Source: Carcharhinus amblyrhynchos (lineage: Eukaryota). From it: DNA of 64,000 nt. The stretch spans positions 83,204,001 through 83,268,000 of the forward strand of contig OZ336878.1 of the NCBI GenBank assembly GCA_965287045.1, given 5' to 3'. This document shows positions 37,441-51,250 of the stretch, one piece after another; positions within the stretch are counted from its first letter, which is position 1, and each line of letters opens with the position of its first letter. The notes beneath the pieces were generated by a model. That model saw only the letters and a program-made list of their open reading frames with translations. It ran no database searches and was not told where the DNA came from. The position numbers and the translations under genes were made by a program.

Positions 37441-40400
37441 AAGAACAAAGAAAATTACAGCACAGGAGCAGGCCCTTCAGCCCTCCAAGCCTGCTGCCTG
37501 ACTGAACTAAAACCCCCTACCCTTCTGGGGACCATATCCCTCCACTCCCATCCTATTCATGTATTTGTCCAGACACCCCTTAAGTCACTATCATATCTGC
37601 TTCCACTACCTCCCCCGACAGCAAGTTCCAGTCACCCATCACCATCTGTAAAAAAAAATTGCCTCGTACATCTCTTTTAAACCTTGTCCCTCGAGCATTA
37701 AACTTATGCCCCTAGTAATTGACTCTTCCACCCTGGGAAGAAGCTCCTTACTCTGCATTCTGTCCATGCCTCTCATGATCTTGTAGATTTCTATCAGGTC
37801 GCCCTTCAATCTGTCGTTCCAGTGAGAAGAAAACCAAGTTTCTCCAACCTCTCCTCATAGCTAATGCCCTCCATGCCAGGCAACATACTGGTAAATCTTT
37901 TCTGTACCCCCTCCAAACTCTCCACATCTTTCTGGCAGTGTGGCAACCAGAATTGAATACTATATTTCAAGTGCGGCTTAAGGTTGTATAAAGCTGCAAC
38001 ATGACTTGCCAATTTTTAAACTCAATACCCTGGCCGATGAAGGCAATCATGCCATATGCCTTCTTGACTATCTTCTCCACCTACGTTGTCACTTTCAGTG
38101 ACCTGTGTACCTGTACACCCAGATCCCTGTGCCTATCAATATTCTTCAGGGTTCTGCCATTTACTGTATATTTCCTATTCATATTAGACCTTCCAAAATG
38201 CATTATCTCACATTTGTCTGGATTAAACTTCATCTGCTATCTCTCCACCCAAGCCACCAACCAACCTATATCCTGCCGTATCCTCTGATAGTCCTCATCA
38301 CTATCTGCAAATCCGCCAACCTTTGTGTTGTCTGCAAACTTACTAATCTGTTACGTTTTCCTCCAAATTATTTATATATATTGTAAACAACAGAGGTCCC
38401 AGCACTGATGCCTGAGGAATGCCACTTGTTACAGCCCTCCATTCAGGAACACATCCTTCCACTGCTAACCTCTGTCTTCTATGACCGAGTCACTTCTGTG
38501 TCCACCTTGCCAGCTCATCTCTGATCTCATGCGACTTCACCTTCTGCACCAGTCTGCCATGAGGGACCTTGTCAAAGGCCTTTCTGAAGTCCATGTAGAC
38601 AACATCCACTGCCCTACGCTCATCAATCATCTTCATCACTTCCTCGAAAAACTTGATCAAGTTCGTGAGACACGACCTCCTCTTCACAAAACCATATTGC
38701 CTCTCGCTAATACGTCCACTTATTTTCAAGTGGGAGGAAATCCAGCCTTGAAGAATCCTCTCCAATAATTTCCCTACCACTGACATGATGCTCACCGACC
38801 TGTAATTACCTGGATTATTCTTGCTACCCTTCTTAAACAAAGGAACAACATTGGCTATTCTCCAATCATAAAGTCAAAGAAGAACAAAGATCAAAGAACA
38901 ACACAGCACGGGAAACAGGCCCTTCGGCCCAACGAGCCCACGCCACCAACTTAACAACGTGTTTTTCCTCCTCCACCCTTGACCCATGTTACCCCCATGG
39001 TACCCCCATTGGAAACCAGATTAAGGGGAGGATAATTTAGGGACAATTTGTTACACCAATCAGCCTAAGAGCACATCTTTGGGGTGTGGGAGGAAACCGG
39101 AGCACCCAGAGGAAACCCATGCAACCACAGGGAGAATGCGCAAATTCCCACAGACACTGGCCCAAATCCATGTATCTGCACAGCTAACAGTGATAGTCAC
39201 TGAGCTGTTGTGGTGCCCATCTGTTGGTCCAGTTTTAAGCATACACAAACGACGCAAAGTACTAGGCTACTCTCGAAACATCCAAGAGCAGCCCACGCAC
39301 GACCCACTGCATGCATGCCCCTTGTTAGACAACAAGGTGGACCGACACACCTGCGGAGTAAAAGAATCATAGAGATCTACAGCGTGGAAACAGGCCCTAA
39401 GGCCCAACTTGTCCATGCTGCCCTTTTTTTTAACCCCTAAGCTAATCCCAATTGTCCGCATTTGGCCCATATACCTCTATAACCATCTTACCCAAGTAAC
39501 TAGCTAAAAGCTTTTAAACAACAAAATTGTACCCGCCTTTACTGCTACATCTGGCAGCTTGTTCCAGACACACTCAACCATCTGTGTGAAAAAAATTGCC
39601 CTTCTGGACACTTTTGCATCTCCCTCCTCTCATCTTAAACCTATAGCCTCTAGTTTTAGACTCCCCTACCTTTGGGAAAAGATATTGGCTATTTGACCGA
39701 TCTGTGCCTCTCATTATTTTATAGACCTCTATAAGTTCACCCCTCAGCCTTCTACACTCCAGAGAGAAAAGTCCCAGTCTATCCAGCCAAACCAGCACTC
39801 AAACCCGAACCCAGCACCCAAATCCCCTGCAGCCAGTGAGGATACAAAGATTTCTCTCAAGGCCCCAGCAATTTCCTTCCTTGCCTCTCTCAGTATTTTA
39901 GGGTATGTGCCATCAGCCCTTGGGTACTTGTCTACCTTATGTTTCTCAAGAACCCCAATACCACCACCTTCTTGATCTCAACATGACTCAAATTATCCAC
40001 ACACCCTTTCCCAGATTCATCATCCACTAAGTCCTTCTCTTTGGTGAATACTGACGCAAAGTACTCATTTAATACCTCGCTCATTTCTTCTGGCTCCATA
40101 CATAGATTCCCTCCCCTGTCCTTGAGTGGGCCAACCCTCTGCCTGGCTACCTTCTTGTTCTTTATGCGTATGTAAAAAGACTTGGGATTTTCCTTAATCC
40201 TACTGGCCAATGATTTTTTTTTCTCACTCCTTGCTTAAGCTTCTTTCTATTTCCCTTATATTCCACACTTGCTTTGTGTGTTTCCAGCCTCTTAGCTTTG
40301 ACAAATGCTTCCTTTTTTTCTTTGACTAGGCTCAAAATATCTCTCGTTATCCAAGGTTCCCACAACTTGCGATACTTTTCCTTCATCCTTACAGGAAAGT

Positions 40401-40863
40401 GCCGGTCCTGTCAACTTATACCTGAAAGCTATTCACATGCCAGATGTTGATTTTCCTTCAGACATCTGCCCTTAATCTACATTCTTCAGTTCCCGCCTAA
40501 TACTGTTGTAATTAGCCTTCCCCCCGTTTAGCACCTTAACGGGAGGACTACACTTTTCTTTATCTATCACTACCTTAAAACTTGCTGAATTGCAGTCACT
40601 GTTCCAGAACTGCTTTCCTACTGAAACATCAACCACTGGCCAGGCTCATTCCCCAGTACCAGGTCCAATATTGCCCCTTCCCTAGTTGGGTTATCTACAT
40701 ACTGTTTCAAGAAGACTTCCTGGATGCTCCTTACAAACTCTGCCCCATCCATGCCCCTAGCACTAAGTGAGTCCCAGTCAATATAGGAAAAGTTAAAATT
40801 TCCCACCACAACAATCCTTTACTTTTACATCTTGCTGAAATCTGCTTACATATCTGTTCCTCT
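37441..40863 (-). mobile_element. Long decayed CR1 (endonuclease to tail) interrupted at about 38868-39815 by a V-SINE-like element and a CR1 tail
   Basis: Minus ORFs carry VVGNFNF..IDW, LDLVLGNEPGQ, PWIT, NYRSVS, DFRKAFDKVPH and the C-terminus; tail (ctttgttc)n near 37441. Confidence 0.85.
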
Positions 40864-40966
40864 TTAAAGGGAGTGTTTCTTCCTGGTTACCCTATAAATA
40901 TCCCTCAATTTTGTACAACTTAATGAGATCCCCCCTCAGCCTTTACTGTCCTAAGAATACCCAAGT

Positions 40967-42466
40967 GGGCAGCATGGTGGCACACTGGTTAGCAGTTCTG
41001 CCTCTCAGCGCCAGGGACCCAAGTTCAATTCTGGCCTTATGACAGTGCACGTTCTCCCTGTATCTCTGCATGGGTTTCCTCTGGGTTTTCCAGTTTCCTC
41101 CCACAGTCCAGAGATGTGTAGGTTAGGGGAATAGAGGGTAAATATATGGGGTTGCAGGGATAATGAGAAAGTTAGTTAAAGGAGAACCAGTGGATGTGAT
41201 TTAATTAGATTTCCAGAAGGCCTTTGACAAGTGCTGCCTAGGAGACTTAAATAAATTAAGAGCCCATAGTGTTAAGGGAAAGATCCTGGCATGGATAGAG
41301 GATTGGCTGATTAGCAGAAGGCAGAGGGTGGGGATAAAAGGGGTCTTTTTCAGGATGGCAGCCGATGCCTAGTGGTGTGCCTCAGGGGTCAGTGCTGGAA
41401 CTACAACTTTTCACAATATACACTAATGATTTGAAAGAAGGAACTGAAGGCACTGTTAGTAAGTTTGCAGATGATACAAAGATCTGTAGAGGGACAGGTA
41501 GTATTGAGAAAGTGAGGGGGGGGGGCGGTTTCTGCAGAAGGACTTGGACAGGCTAAGGGAGTGGGCAAAGAAGTGGCAGATGGAATACAATGTGGAAAAG
41601 TGTTTGGTTATGCACTTTGGAAGGAGGGATGGAGGCATAGACTATTTTCTAAATGAGGAAATCAGAAGCACAAAGGGACTTGGGAGTTCTTGTTCAAGAT
41701 TATCTTAAGGTTACGTGCAGGTTCAGCTGACAGTTAGGAAGGCAAACGCAGTGTTGTTAGCATTCATGTTGAGAGGGCTAGAATACAGGAGCAGGGATAT
41801 ACTTTTGAAGCTGTCAAAGGCACCCATCTGGAGGATTGTGGGCAGTTTTGGGCCCTGAATATAAGGAAGAATGTGCTGATCTTGGAAAGGGTCCAGAGGA
41901 GGTTCACAAGGATGATCTCTGGAATGAAGAGCTTGTCATATGAGGAACAGTTGAGGACTCTGAGTCTTTAGAGTTTTGAAGAATGAGGGGGGGCTTTTAT
42001 TGAAACTTACAGGATACTGTGAGGCCTATTTAGAGTGGACGTGGAGAGGATATTTCCACTAGTAGGAAAAACTAGAGCCAGAGGGGACAACCTCAGACTA
42101 AAGGGATGATCCTTTAGAACAGAGATAAGGAGGAATTTCTTCAGCCAGTGGTGAATATGTAGAACTGTTTGCTGCAGAAGGCTGTGGAGGCCAGGTCATT
42201 GAGTGTCTTTAAGACAGAAATAAATAGGTTCTTGATTAATAAGGGGATCAGGGGTTATAGGAAAAAGGCAGGAGATTGGGGATGAGAAAAAAAATTAGCC
42301 ATGATGGAATGGCAGAGCAGACTTGATGGGTCAAGTGGCCTAAGTCTACTCCTGTGTCTTATGGTGTTATGGATAGGGTTGGGGTGGACCTGGGTAAGAT
42401 GCTGTGATGGAGATTTGTGCAGACTCGATGGGCTGAATGGCCTCCTCCTACACCGTAGTGATTCTA
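40967..42466 (+). mobile_element. V-SINE split by a CR1 RT-to-tail fragment (41163-42370)
   Basis: SINE head at 40967-41160 and tail at 42371-42466. The CR1 has GVPQGSVL and FADDTK. GGATA flanks both sides (41158-41162, 42371-42375). Confidence 0.8.
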
Positions 42467-43729
42467 TCCAGCCGCTCTTCATAGCTGATATGTTGCTGGC
42501 AGTAAATAAGTTATTACCTCAGTTTCCAAGTTAGTCTTCACGCAGTTGTGAGCACCTTCCAAGTCCCTTTCCAGAGATTTAAACACACAACAAATGCTGC
42601 TGCTCCCTGTGCAGTACTGACAGAGTACTGCACTGTCAGAGGCGTTCTCTTTTAAATCAGACATTAACCCACAGCATCAGCTGCCCTTTCAGGTAAAATA
42701 GAATGGGGAAGAACTGGCAACTTATTGCTTGTGGCCGGGCCTTTAGGGACGGTGGTGGTGAAGTCAAATCCAGAGCCCTAGACTAATGCTCTGGGGTCAA
42801 AAGGTTCAAATCCCGCCATGGCAGCTGATGGAATTTAAATTCAGTTAAAACTGAAATTAAATGCTGGTCTCAGTAACGGTGATGATGAAACCATTGCCGA
42901 TTGTCATTAAAAACCTATTTGGTTCACTAATGTACCTAAGGGAAGGAAATCTCCTGTCCTTACCTGGGCTGGCCTACATGTGACTCCAGATCTACAGGAA
43001 CATGGTTAACTCAGAAATGGCCTAGCAAACTATTCCCTTATACGTGTTTGCATGGGCCCAGATGATTAGATATGGTGATTGGTGATGATTTAATTGGAGG
43101 ATCACTGCACTTTAGATGAGGGGCAAGGTTGTGAAAGCAGAGCCTTAATTAATAACTATCACTACAGGAATTGAACCCATGCTGTTGGCATCGCTTTACA
43201 TCACAAACTAGCCATTAGCCTTCCAGCCAACTGAACAAAACTGATCCCCTAAGTACTGTGTACAATATTACCTTGTTTCAGAAAAGGTGTAAATGCATTG
43301 GAAGCAATTCAGAGATGGTTTACTAAAGTAATCCATGGAATGAATGAGTTGTCTTATGAGGAAAAGTTAATCAGGTTAGACTTGTATTTCCTGGAGTTTA
43401 GAAGAGAATGGTATGATTGAAACATTTAAGAGCGTGAGAGATATAGACAGGGTGGATGCGGAGAGGATGTTTTCTCTTGTGGAAGAACCTTGAACTTGGG
43501 GTCACTGTTTAACAGTAAGGGGTCAGCTATTTCAAATAGAGATCGTGAAATTTCTGTAATCAGAGTGTTAAGTTTTTGGAACTCTCATCCTGAAAAGTCA
43601 GTGGAAGCAGAGCCTTTGAATATTTTTAAGGCAGAACTTGATAGCTTCTTGGTAAGCAAGGGGGTGATAAGTTATTGGGGAGTAGGGTCAGATGCAGATT
43701 TGAGGGGACTGAATGACTGACCTCCCTTG

Positions 43730-45605
43730 TTTGTAAGTCTTCCTTAGAGATGGAGCTTGTACCAAAATTGGGAGTGGTGTCTGACAGACCAGTTGAGGAA
43801 CAACCTGACACAGTCACATACATGGAATCATACTTTACGGATAATGTCTCAGACACAACCACCAATGTCCATGCATGTGTCTTGTTGCACCAGCAAGAGA
43901 GAGGTGGGAGCAAATTGCCCTGGGCGTCCTCTGCATTGACTGTGCCAAACAGCAAATAATACACATCCCACAATAAATTGATCAGATCTGAGCTCTGCAG
44001 TCCTGCCCCCATCTAACCCAGAATGGTGGTGGACAATTAAACAACTCACTGGAGGAGGAGGCTCCACAAATGTCCACACCCCCTGATGCAGGAGTGCAGC
44101 ACATCCATGCATAAGATATGGCAGCCTCAACCAGAAGGGCTGCTTCTTGCTATCAAGAAATGGCTGAAGCCACTGATACCGCAAAGACTAATGCCCTGAC
44201 CATATTCCAGCAATAATACTGAATATTGTGCTCTAGAACTTACCCACTCCTAACCAAGTTGTTACAGTAAGCTACAACATTAGCAATGTGGAAAATTGCC
44301 CTGCTATATCTGTACGCAAGAAACAGGACAAATTGAATCCAAAAAAATTACCATCACAGCCACCTATTCTTGATCATCAGTAAAGTGATGGTAGGGGTCA
44401 TTAACATTGCGATCAAACAGCATCTACTCAGCAATAACCTGTTCACTGACACATTTTGGCTCTGCCAAGATCATTCAGCTCCTGACTTCATTGTAGCCTT
44501 GGTTCAAACATGGACAAAAGAGCTAAACTCCAGAGTGACTGCCTGTGGCATCAAGACAGCATTTGCCTAAGTGTGGCCTCAATGAATCCCAGCAAAACTA
44601 GGGCCAATAGGAATTGAGGAAAATTCTCTGCTGGTTGGAGTCATTCCTGACACATAGGAAGGTGGTGGTGTGGTGATTGGCAGTCAGGTCCAGGATATCA
44701 CAACAGGAGTTCCTAAAGGTAGTGTCCGCGGCCCAACCATCTTCAGCTGCTTCATCAATGACCTGCCCTTCATCATAAGGGGGTTGTTTGCTAATGACTG
44801 CACAAATGTTCAGCACCATATTTAGATACTGAAGCAATCCATGCCAATATGCAGCAAAATCTGGATAATATTCAGGCTTGGGTTGATAAATGGCAAGTAA
44901 CATTTTAGGCACAAAAGTATCATCTCCAACTAAAATATCTCTCTTTGATATTCACTGGCATTACCATTGCTGAATCCACCACTGAACTGAGCTTGCCATA
45001 GAAATACTATGGTTACAAGATCAGGTCAAAGGCTGAAAATTCTGTGGCAAGTAACACCTCCTGGCTCCCCATAGCCTGTCCACCATCAACAAGGCACAAT
45101 TCAAGAACATGAATGGGCATACTTGCCTGGATGAGTGCAGCTCCCAACAACTCAAGAAGCTCAAAACCACCCAGCACAAAGCAGCCCATTTGATTGGCAC
45201 CCCATCTACCACTTTAAACATTCACTCCCTCCACTACTAACACAGTGGCAACAGTTTGTATCAGCTACAAGATACACTGCAGAAGCTCACCAAGGCTCTT
45301 TAGACAGCACCTTCCAAACCCGTAGCCTTTACCATCTAGAAAGACAAGGATAGTAAATACATGGGAACATCAGTTCCCTTCCTGGCCATTCACCACCCTG
45401 ACTTGGAAATATATCGCTGTTCTTTCACTATCGCTAGATCAAAATCTTGGAACTCCCTCCCTAACAGGGGTACTCACACCACATGGACTGCAGTGGTTCA
45501 AGAAATGGTTCACCTCCATCTTCTTGACAGTAACTAGGGATGGGCAATAAATGTTGGTCTAAGCAGTGATGCTTATATTGTGTGAAAGAATATTTTTGAA
45601 AAAAA
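43730..45605 (+). mobile_element. Decayed, internally deleted APE-RT LINE of a family distinct from the canonical CR1 copies
   Basis: Endonuclease N-terminus LVPKLG...QPDTVTYMESY; RT remnants GVPKGSVRGPTIFSCFINDL, FAND, WQVTF; tail gggatgggcaataaatg. Confidence 0.75.
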
Positions 45606-46699
45606 AACTCCACCATATCTAGATGATCACATTGCTTTTTTGTGTACTCACCGCTATCTCTCTAAGTTGCAATAGTGACCACACTTCAAAAATGTATTCG
45701 ATTGGTATTTTGGTTGCCCCGAGTCAGAAAAGGCGCTACATATAAGCAAGCCTGACTATTTGAATTGACCAAATCATGCTGTAGGTAGACGTAACAGTGT
45801 GGTGAGCATTTTATTAGTCAGCAATGTATCTTCTTCAGCCGACATTCAATTGATTTTGTGGTATTCAAATCTGGTGTGGTATTGTAAGTAGTAGTTATTG
45901 GACTAGTAAGCCAGAGCGTAGACTAATCACCCAGTGAATGAGGGTTCAAATGCCCCTGTAGTATTTTGGAAATTGGAATGTTTTTAGAAGTCTGAATGAC
46001 TGAAATCAGTAAGAGTGACCACTGTTGGACTGTTGCAAAAACAGTCAGCTCCCTAATGCCCTGAGAAAACAGGCCATCCTTACCCAATGTAGTTGACATA
46101 AGAAACAGGAACTGGTGTAGGCAGATCCTGCTCTGCCATTCAATAAGATCAACTCCACTTTTCCTCCTATCCCTTTGTGACCAAAAGCTTTGCAATCTCT
46201 GTTTCAAATACATTCAATAATGGAGCATATGCAGCTTTCTTGGGTAGAGAATGCCAAAAAAATTCATAACCTCGCGTGAAGAATTTTCACTTCATTTCAA
46301 TCCTAAATGTCTGGTGTCTTACCCCCATCTCTTGACTCTTCAGCCCGGATGGAAATAGGAACTCTACATTTGCCTCATCATATCCTTTAACATTCTTGTA
46401 TGTTTCATTAAGATCACCTCTCTCTCCAAAATGTTTTACTCACCATCCTCAGTCTAATAAAACTTAGTTGCACTCACTGTCACATTATCTTGTAATAAGG
46501 AAGCGAAAACTCCGCTGAATACACCAGGTGTAGTCTCATCAAGTTTCTAAGTAAATGACTTCCTCATCCCTCAGAAAGATCTATACGCGACTCCAGACCA
46601 ACAACAATTGGTTGACTCTCTGTGACTCAGTCAGGGTGATCAGGGTTGGGTAATAAATAGAAATGTTGCCAGTGAAGAACCACATCCCAAAAATGGATT

Positions 46700-49600
46700 T
46701 AAAAATCCTATAAACTCAATGCAGTTGAGCCTCACAAGCTCAGGCACTCAGTCTGTTTTCCTTGTAGGGAACAGTTAACCAAAGTCTCACCCGCATCCCT
46801 GCTCAACTGCAATAAGGCACAATGAGCACGAATTGTTTGCTTGGCCCAGTTTCTGGGTTGTGTTTCAGTGGTGATTTGAGGGGGGGGTGGCAATACTGAG
46901 ATGCAAAAGCATCCTGCACCTTATAACTTGCTCCCACAGCACATCCAGAATGATCCATAGGAGGAAGCTACCGCGTTGCCACAGGGCAACACCATGAAAC
47001 ACCAATGCTTGGCTAAAGCTTAAAGTGTGAAGCACCAGGCTGTATGGAACTGCTGTGTTACATTTGTATTTATACATGTTACTTGTTTAAAATCATACAT
47101 ACACAAACATTAACTGCAGCACCATGAGAGAGTCGCACTAACAATTAGCGGGTTATTCCATACCAGGAATAAATGGGCTGCTGTCCCATTCTGTCAATAA
47201 GGCCACTGGAAAAGGGATGTGAGATTGAATGTGTCCATCAGAGTGATTTGAACACCCACGCGCAGCTGTAGAAAAGGGAGAACTCACGAAGCATGTCTCA
47301 CAGTCAATCTTCCAATAAAGGAAAGGGCTTCCAAACACTAAAGCTCAAAATTGTCTGCGTTCATCAGAAACCGGAGTTCAAAATACACTTCACAATCCAA
47401 ATTGTCAAAAACACAGGTTTTCACTGCTGACGGCCCATCCACATAAACAAGGAGTGAAAACCATTCTGAATTGCAACAGAGGCAGTTTCTCACCCCCAAG
47501 CCCAAAATGTGTCAAGTCTACGTGCAACGCACGTCCCAGAAACATTTCACACAGCAAGGCGGGGTATGTTTCAATGTCCAGTCATACCTGTGGTGTAAGC
47601 TAGGAGCCCCCTGAAGTAGTGCAGCATTCCACCTTCACTGATTGGGCATCGTCTCCATTCATTCCAACATGTTCTGCCAAACAAGCCAACATGTTTCCCA
47701 CCTCTGCCAGGTCTACTCCTGCTGCCAATATTAAAGTTCTTCCTCTCCCCATCCCACCACCACCACCATTTTACCTGGAGTAGCCATGGTGCTGGTTTGG
47801 ATTACATATGTTTTGTGAGCAACATATTTAATTGTTAGTATTTTAGACAGGAAGAAAGGGTCGGGCCAGGAAACTTGCCAATGGCACCAGAGAGAAACTA
47901 GACAAGACCCAATGACCAGGCCATAAATTATCACAAGGTTGTTTGTTTACAGTGAAGATCGCCAAGCAAAATGAATTTTAGAAGGCATTACATACCTGCT
48001 CATTTGAAAAGACAGAAACTTGCATTTATAAGGCATTTTATTACATCCCTCAAACATCTCAAAAGTGCCTGACAATGAATTACTTCTTTGACTGACTGCA
48101 ATCACACAAGTGAAAATGGGAGCTGCTTTGTACAAGCAAGATCCCACAACAGCAACACTTTAAATGAAGTTTTGCTTGGGTTCTATGAATGCCTCCACCG
48201 CAAAATCCCTGCTGTTTCTCAAATGGTACCACAGCACTATCATAGAATAACACAGTGCAGAAATAGGCCCTTCAGCTCGAGTCTGCACCAATGCATGATA
48301 AACACCTGAACTCCCACCTAACCCCACCTGCCAGCACTTGGCCCACAGCCCTGAATGTTATGATGTGCGAAGTGCTCATTTAGGTACTTTTTAAAGGATA
48401 TGAGGGAACCATCCTCCCAGTCAGCGCATTCCAGACTATCACCATTCTCTGGAGCTGCTCCTTATCCACTCTGTCCATGTCTCTCATCATTTTGTACACC
48501 TTGATCAGGTCACCCCTCCGCCCTTTCTGCTCCAAGGGAAATAACTCAAGTCTACCCAACCTCTCTTCATCACCCAGCTGAATAGACAGACAGGACCGGG
48601 GTTTGGTGGGCACATCCCACAGTACTCTCCCCAGCTGTTCTGTTGTTTTGATTTACGAGAGTCACTGCACAGTCTTGCTTCATAGTTACGCTGTCCCCCA
48701 CCACAAAAAAAAGTACAATCTGTTATTTCATTTGTAGATCTCCACTGGTTTGGGGGAGCTACAATGGAAGCATGTACAAAAACACCCAAACAATAGTTAC
48801 ATGCGAGTTGACACAATATCTGTACATCAGAAGTAATGAGATAAGTACCAGTAAATTCAATAAACAGCTCAGGGGAAGCATCTGTACTCAGACAGTGGTG
48901 AGAACTCACTATCACAGCAAGTGGTTGAGGCAAACAGAACAAAGAAAAATACAGCACAAGAACAGGCCCTTCGGCCCTCCAAACCTGTGCCAATCATCAG
49001 TGTGGTGTTGGTGTGCTTAAGGGGAAGGTGGGTAAGCTCATCAAGGAAAAAGGAAAAGGATATATTGATGGAGATAGCAGGTGAATATGGGAAGAATGGC
49101 CTGAATTTTACACAGTAAATTCAATGTAATTTAACGTATGCAATATTGGAAATGCAGGATATGGCTGGGGAAACATTACTATGCATTTCTGGTGATTTAC
49201 TCACAACACACTTCGAGTTATCAGGCATTAGTGATGAGAGATCTGCAGCCTTGTCCTTTACAGCATCGTCAAGTCCATTAACGTATCAGCCAAATCTCAG
49301 TGAGTACCACATGCCTCAGATTGCAATATTGTGGGAGTGCATCTCACTTCAGAGACTTGGTCACATAACCCAGGCTGACACTCCAGAACAGTACTGAGGG
49401 AGTACTGCACTGTTAGCAGGCCAGTACTGAGGGGAGTGCTGCACTGTCAGAGTGTCAATACTGAGGGAATGCTTCACTGTCAGGCGTACCCTCTTTCAGA
49501 TGAATTATTACCTGTATCTCTTCTCAAGCGAATGTAGAATATCTCTTTGCACCATGAGAAGAGCAGGGTGTTCTCCCTGTGTCCCGGCCAACTTCTAACC

Positions 49601-50030
49601 CTCAATCACCATCACAGAAACATTATCTGGTCATTATCACAATGCTGTATGTGGGATCTTGCTGTGTGCAAACTGGCTGCTACGTTTCCTACAACAGTGA
49701 CGACATTTCAAACATACTTCATTGGCTGAAGCTCTTTGGGATGTCTTGAGGTGAAAGGCGCTATAGAAATGCAAGTCTTTCTTAATTTACATTCATGACA
49801 ATCCCACCCCAGTTGCAATTTATCCAAAGCATTATGAGGGTATCCAGCAGTGAGAGGGTTAAGCTTCGGGCACAGTGCAGTGATGCCCTCCTTGCCCTTG
49901 CCCAGTACACACTGCCTATCTAATTTCCAGATAGAGTCACCGCTAACAATCCCCAAGCACTAAGCCCCACCACATGACTGACCCCCTACGCAGCATTGTG
50001 TCCTTTTCTGGGAATGACTGTTGGGCTCCA
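46700..50030 (-). other. Probable 3' UTR of the NACC-family gene (distal end undefined)
   Basis: Unique blocks at about 46.7-47.95 kb and 48.6-48.85 kb with U-rich/TGTA character on the minus strand, interspersed with old SINE/CR1 remnants. Confidence 0.4.
49300..49785 (+). mobile_element. Deu-domain/L2-tailed SINE remnant with a triplicated 28-bp motif
   Basis: cagtactgagggagtgctgcactgtcag-like motif three times (49390-49482), tgtgggatcttgctgtg core, tail gaaaggcgctatagaaatgcaagtctttctt. Opposite-strand copies at about 48010-48240 and 50380-50800. Confidence 0.65.
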
Positions 50031-50365
50031 CTAGTTTGGAGCCTCCATGATACCGCTCCCAGTGTCTTCCAGACCCTCTGGGAAACCCGTCTCGTAACGG
50101 TGGCCAGAAGCACCAGGCCTCATCCCATTGGTATCAGGCCTCTGCCCGGCGCCTGGCAGCTCCATTTCTTGGCTCCCATCTGGCAAAGCCCCCGTTGCTC
50201 CATCAGTAATGACCGAGCGATAAACACCGTCTCCCTCAGCCAGCATCAGTTTGAGCTTGGGGATCCAGTGTTTGCGGACCACCCTCCTGGCGTTGGTGCA
50301 CATGTCCGCAGCGATGGCGTTCATCTCGCTCTCCTTGAAATTTGGAGCAAAGTTCTGACAGTAAA
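50031..50365 (-). CDS. NACC-family gene, terminal coding exon
   Basis: Acceptor cttctcttttgcag|. Encodes (V)[52 protein letters not shown]...IMEAPN* (TAG at 50031-50033). Paralog identity uncertain, so no symbol given. Confidence 0.93.
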
Positions 50366-51250
50366 CTGCAAAAGAGAAGACAAAAGCTTGCATTTATCTC
50401 GCACCTTTCACAATCTCAGCATGTCCCAACACGCAGTACCGTCAACAAAACATTTAACGTGGGCCTGCTATTGGAATGTGGCAGGCTATTTATGCACAGC
50501 AAGCTCCCACAATCATCAATGAGGTCATGACCAGATAATCCGTTTTTAATAGTATGGGTTAAGGGACAAATATTGTGCAGATGCACCGATGGGAACTTCC
50601 CATGTAGTGCCATGAAATCTCTTATACCCATCTGAGTGGGCACAGAGACCTCAGTTTAATGTCTCACCTGGGAGACAGGCGGCACCTGCAGCAATGTAGC
50701 ACTCCCTCAGTACAGTGCAGGGAGTGTGTCGGCCTGGATTATTTGCTTGGGTCTCTGCGAGGCTTGACTCAGAAGTCAGAATTCTACGCACTCAGCCCCA
50801 GCTAACAGAGGAGATGTCTCACAAAAGGAACAGTGTTTAAGCAAGGAGCTGGCCCAGACAGCATAAGAGGAGGCCATTCACATTGTATCTCAGAGCTCTC
50901 CAATTAGTCCCACACCTCTGCCCTTACCCCACAGCCCTTTAAATTGTTCCTGTTCAGGTGCTTACCCAATTGCCTTTGGGAGGTTATTTTTGAATCTGCT
51001 TTCAGGCAGTGCATTTCAGATCATAACCCTTGCTATGTTATAAAAGTTCTCCTCTTGTCCTCTCTGTTCTTTCACCAATGCTAATAAGTCTGTGCCCTCT
51101 GGTCACTGGCTAATCTATCAGTTTTTGCCCTGTGTTCACTATCCAAACCCTACAACTGTTAGTTATTCTAACACCACCATCAAGCATGAAACATTCTTTG
51201 GGGATAGAGTAAAGTCTCAGCTTCTTACATAATAATTCTATTCCATCTGC

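Noticed and set aside
49974-50522. 182-aa plus-strand ORF
   Set aside because: Antisense shadow of the GC-rich NACC terminal exon running into a SINE; no recognisable motifs.
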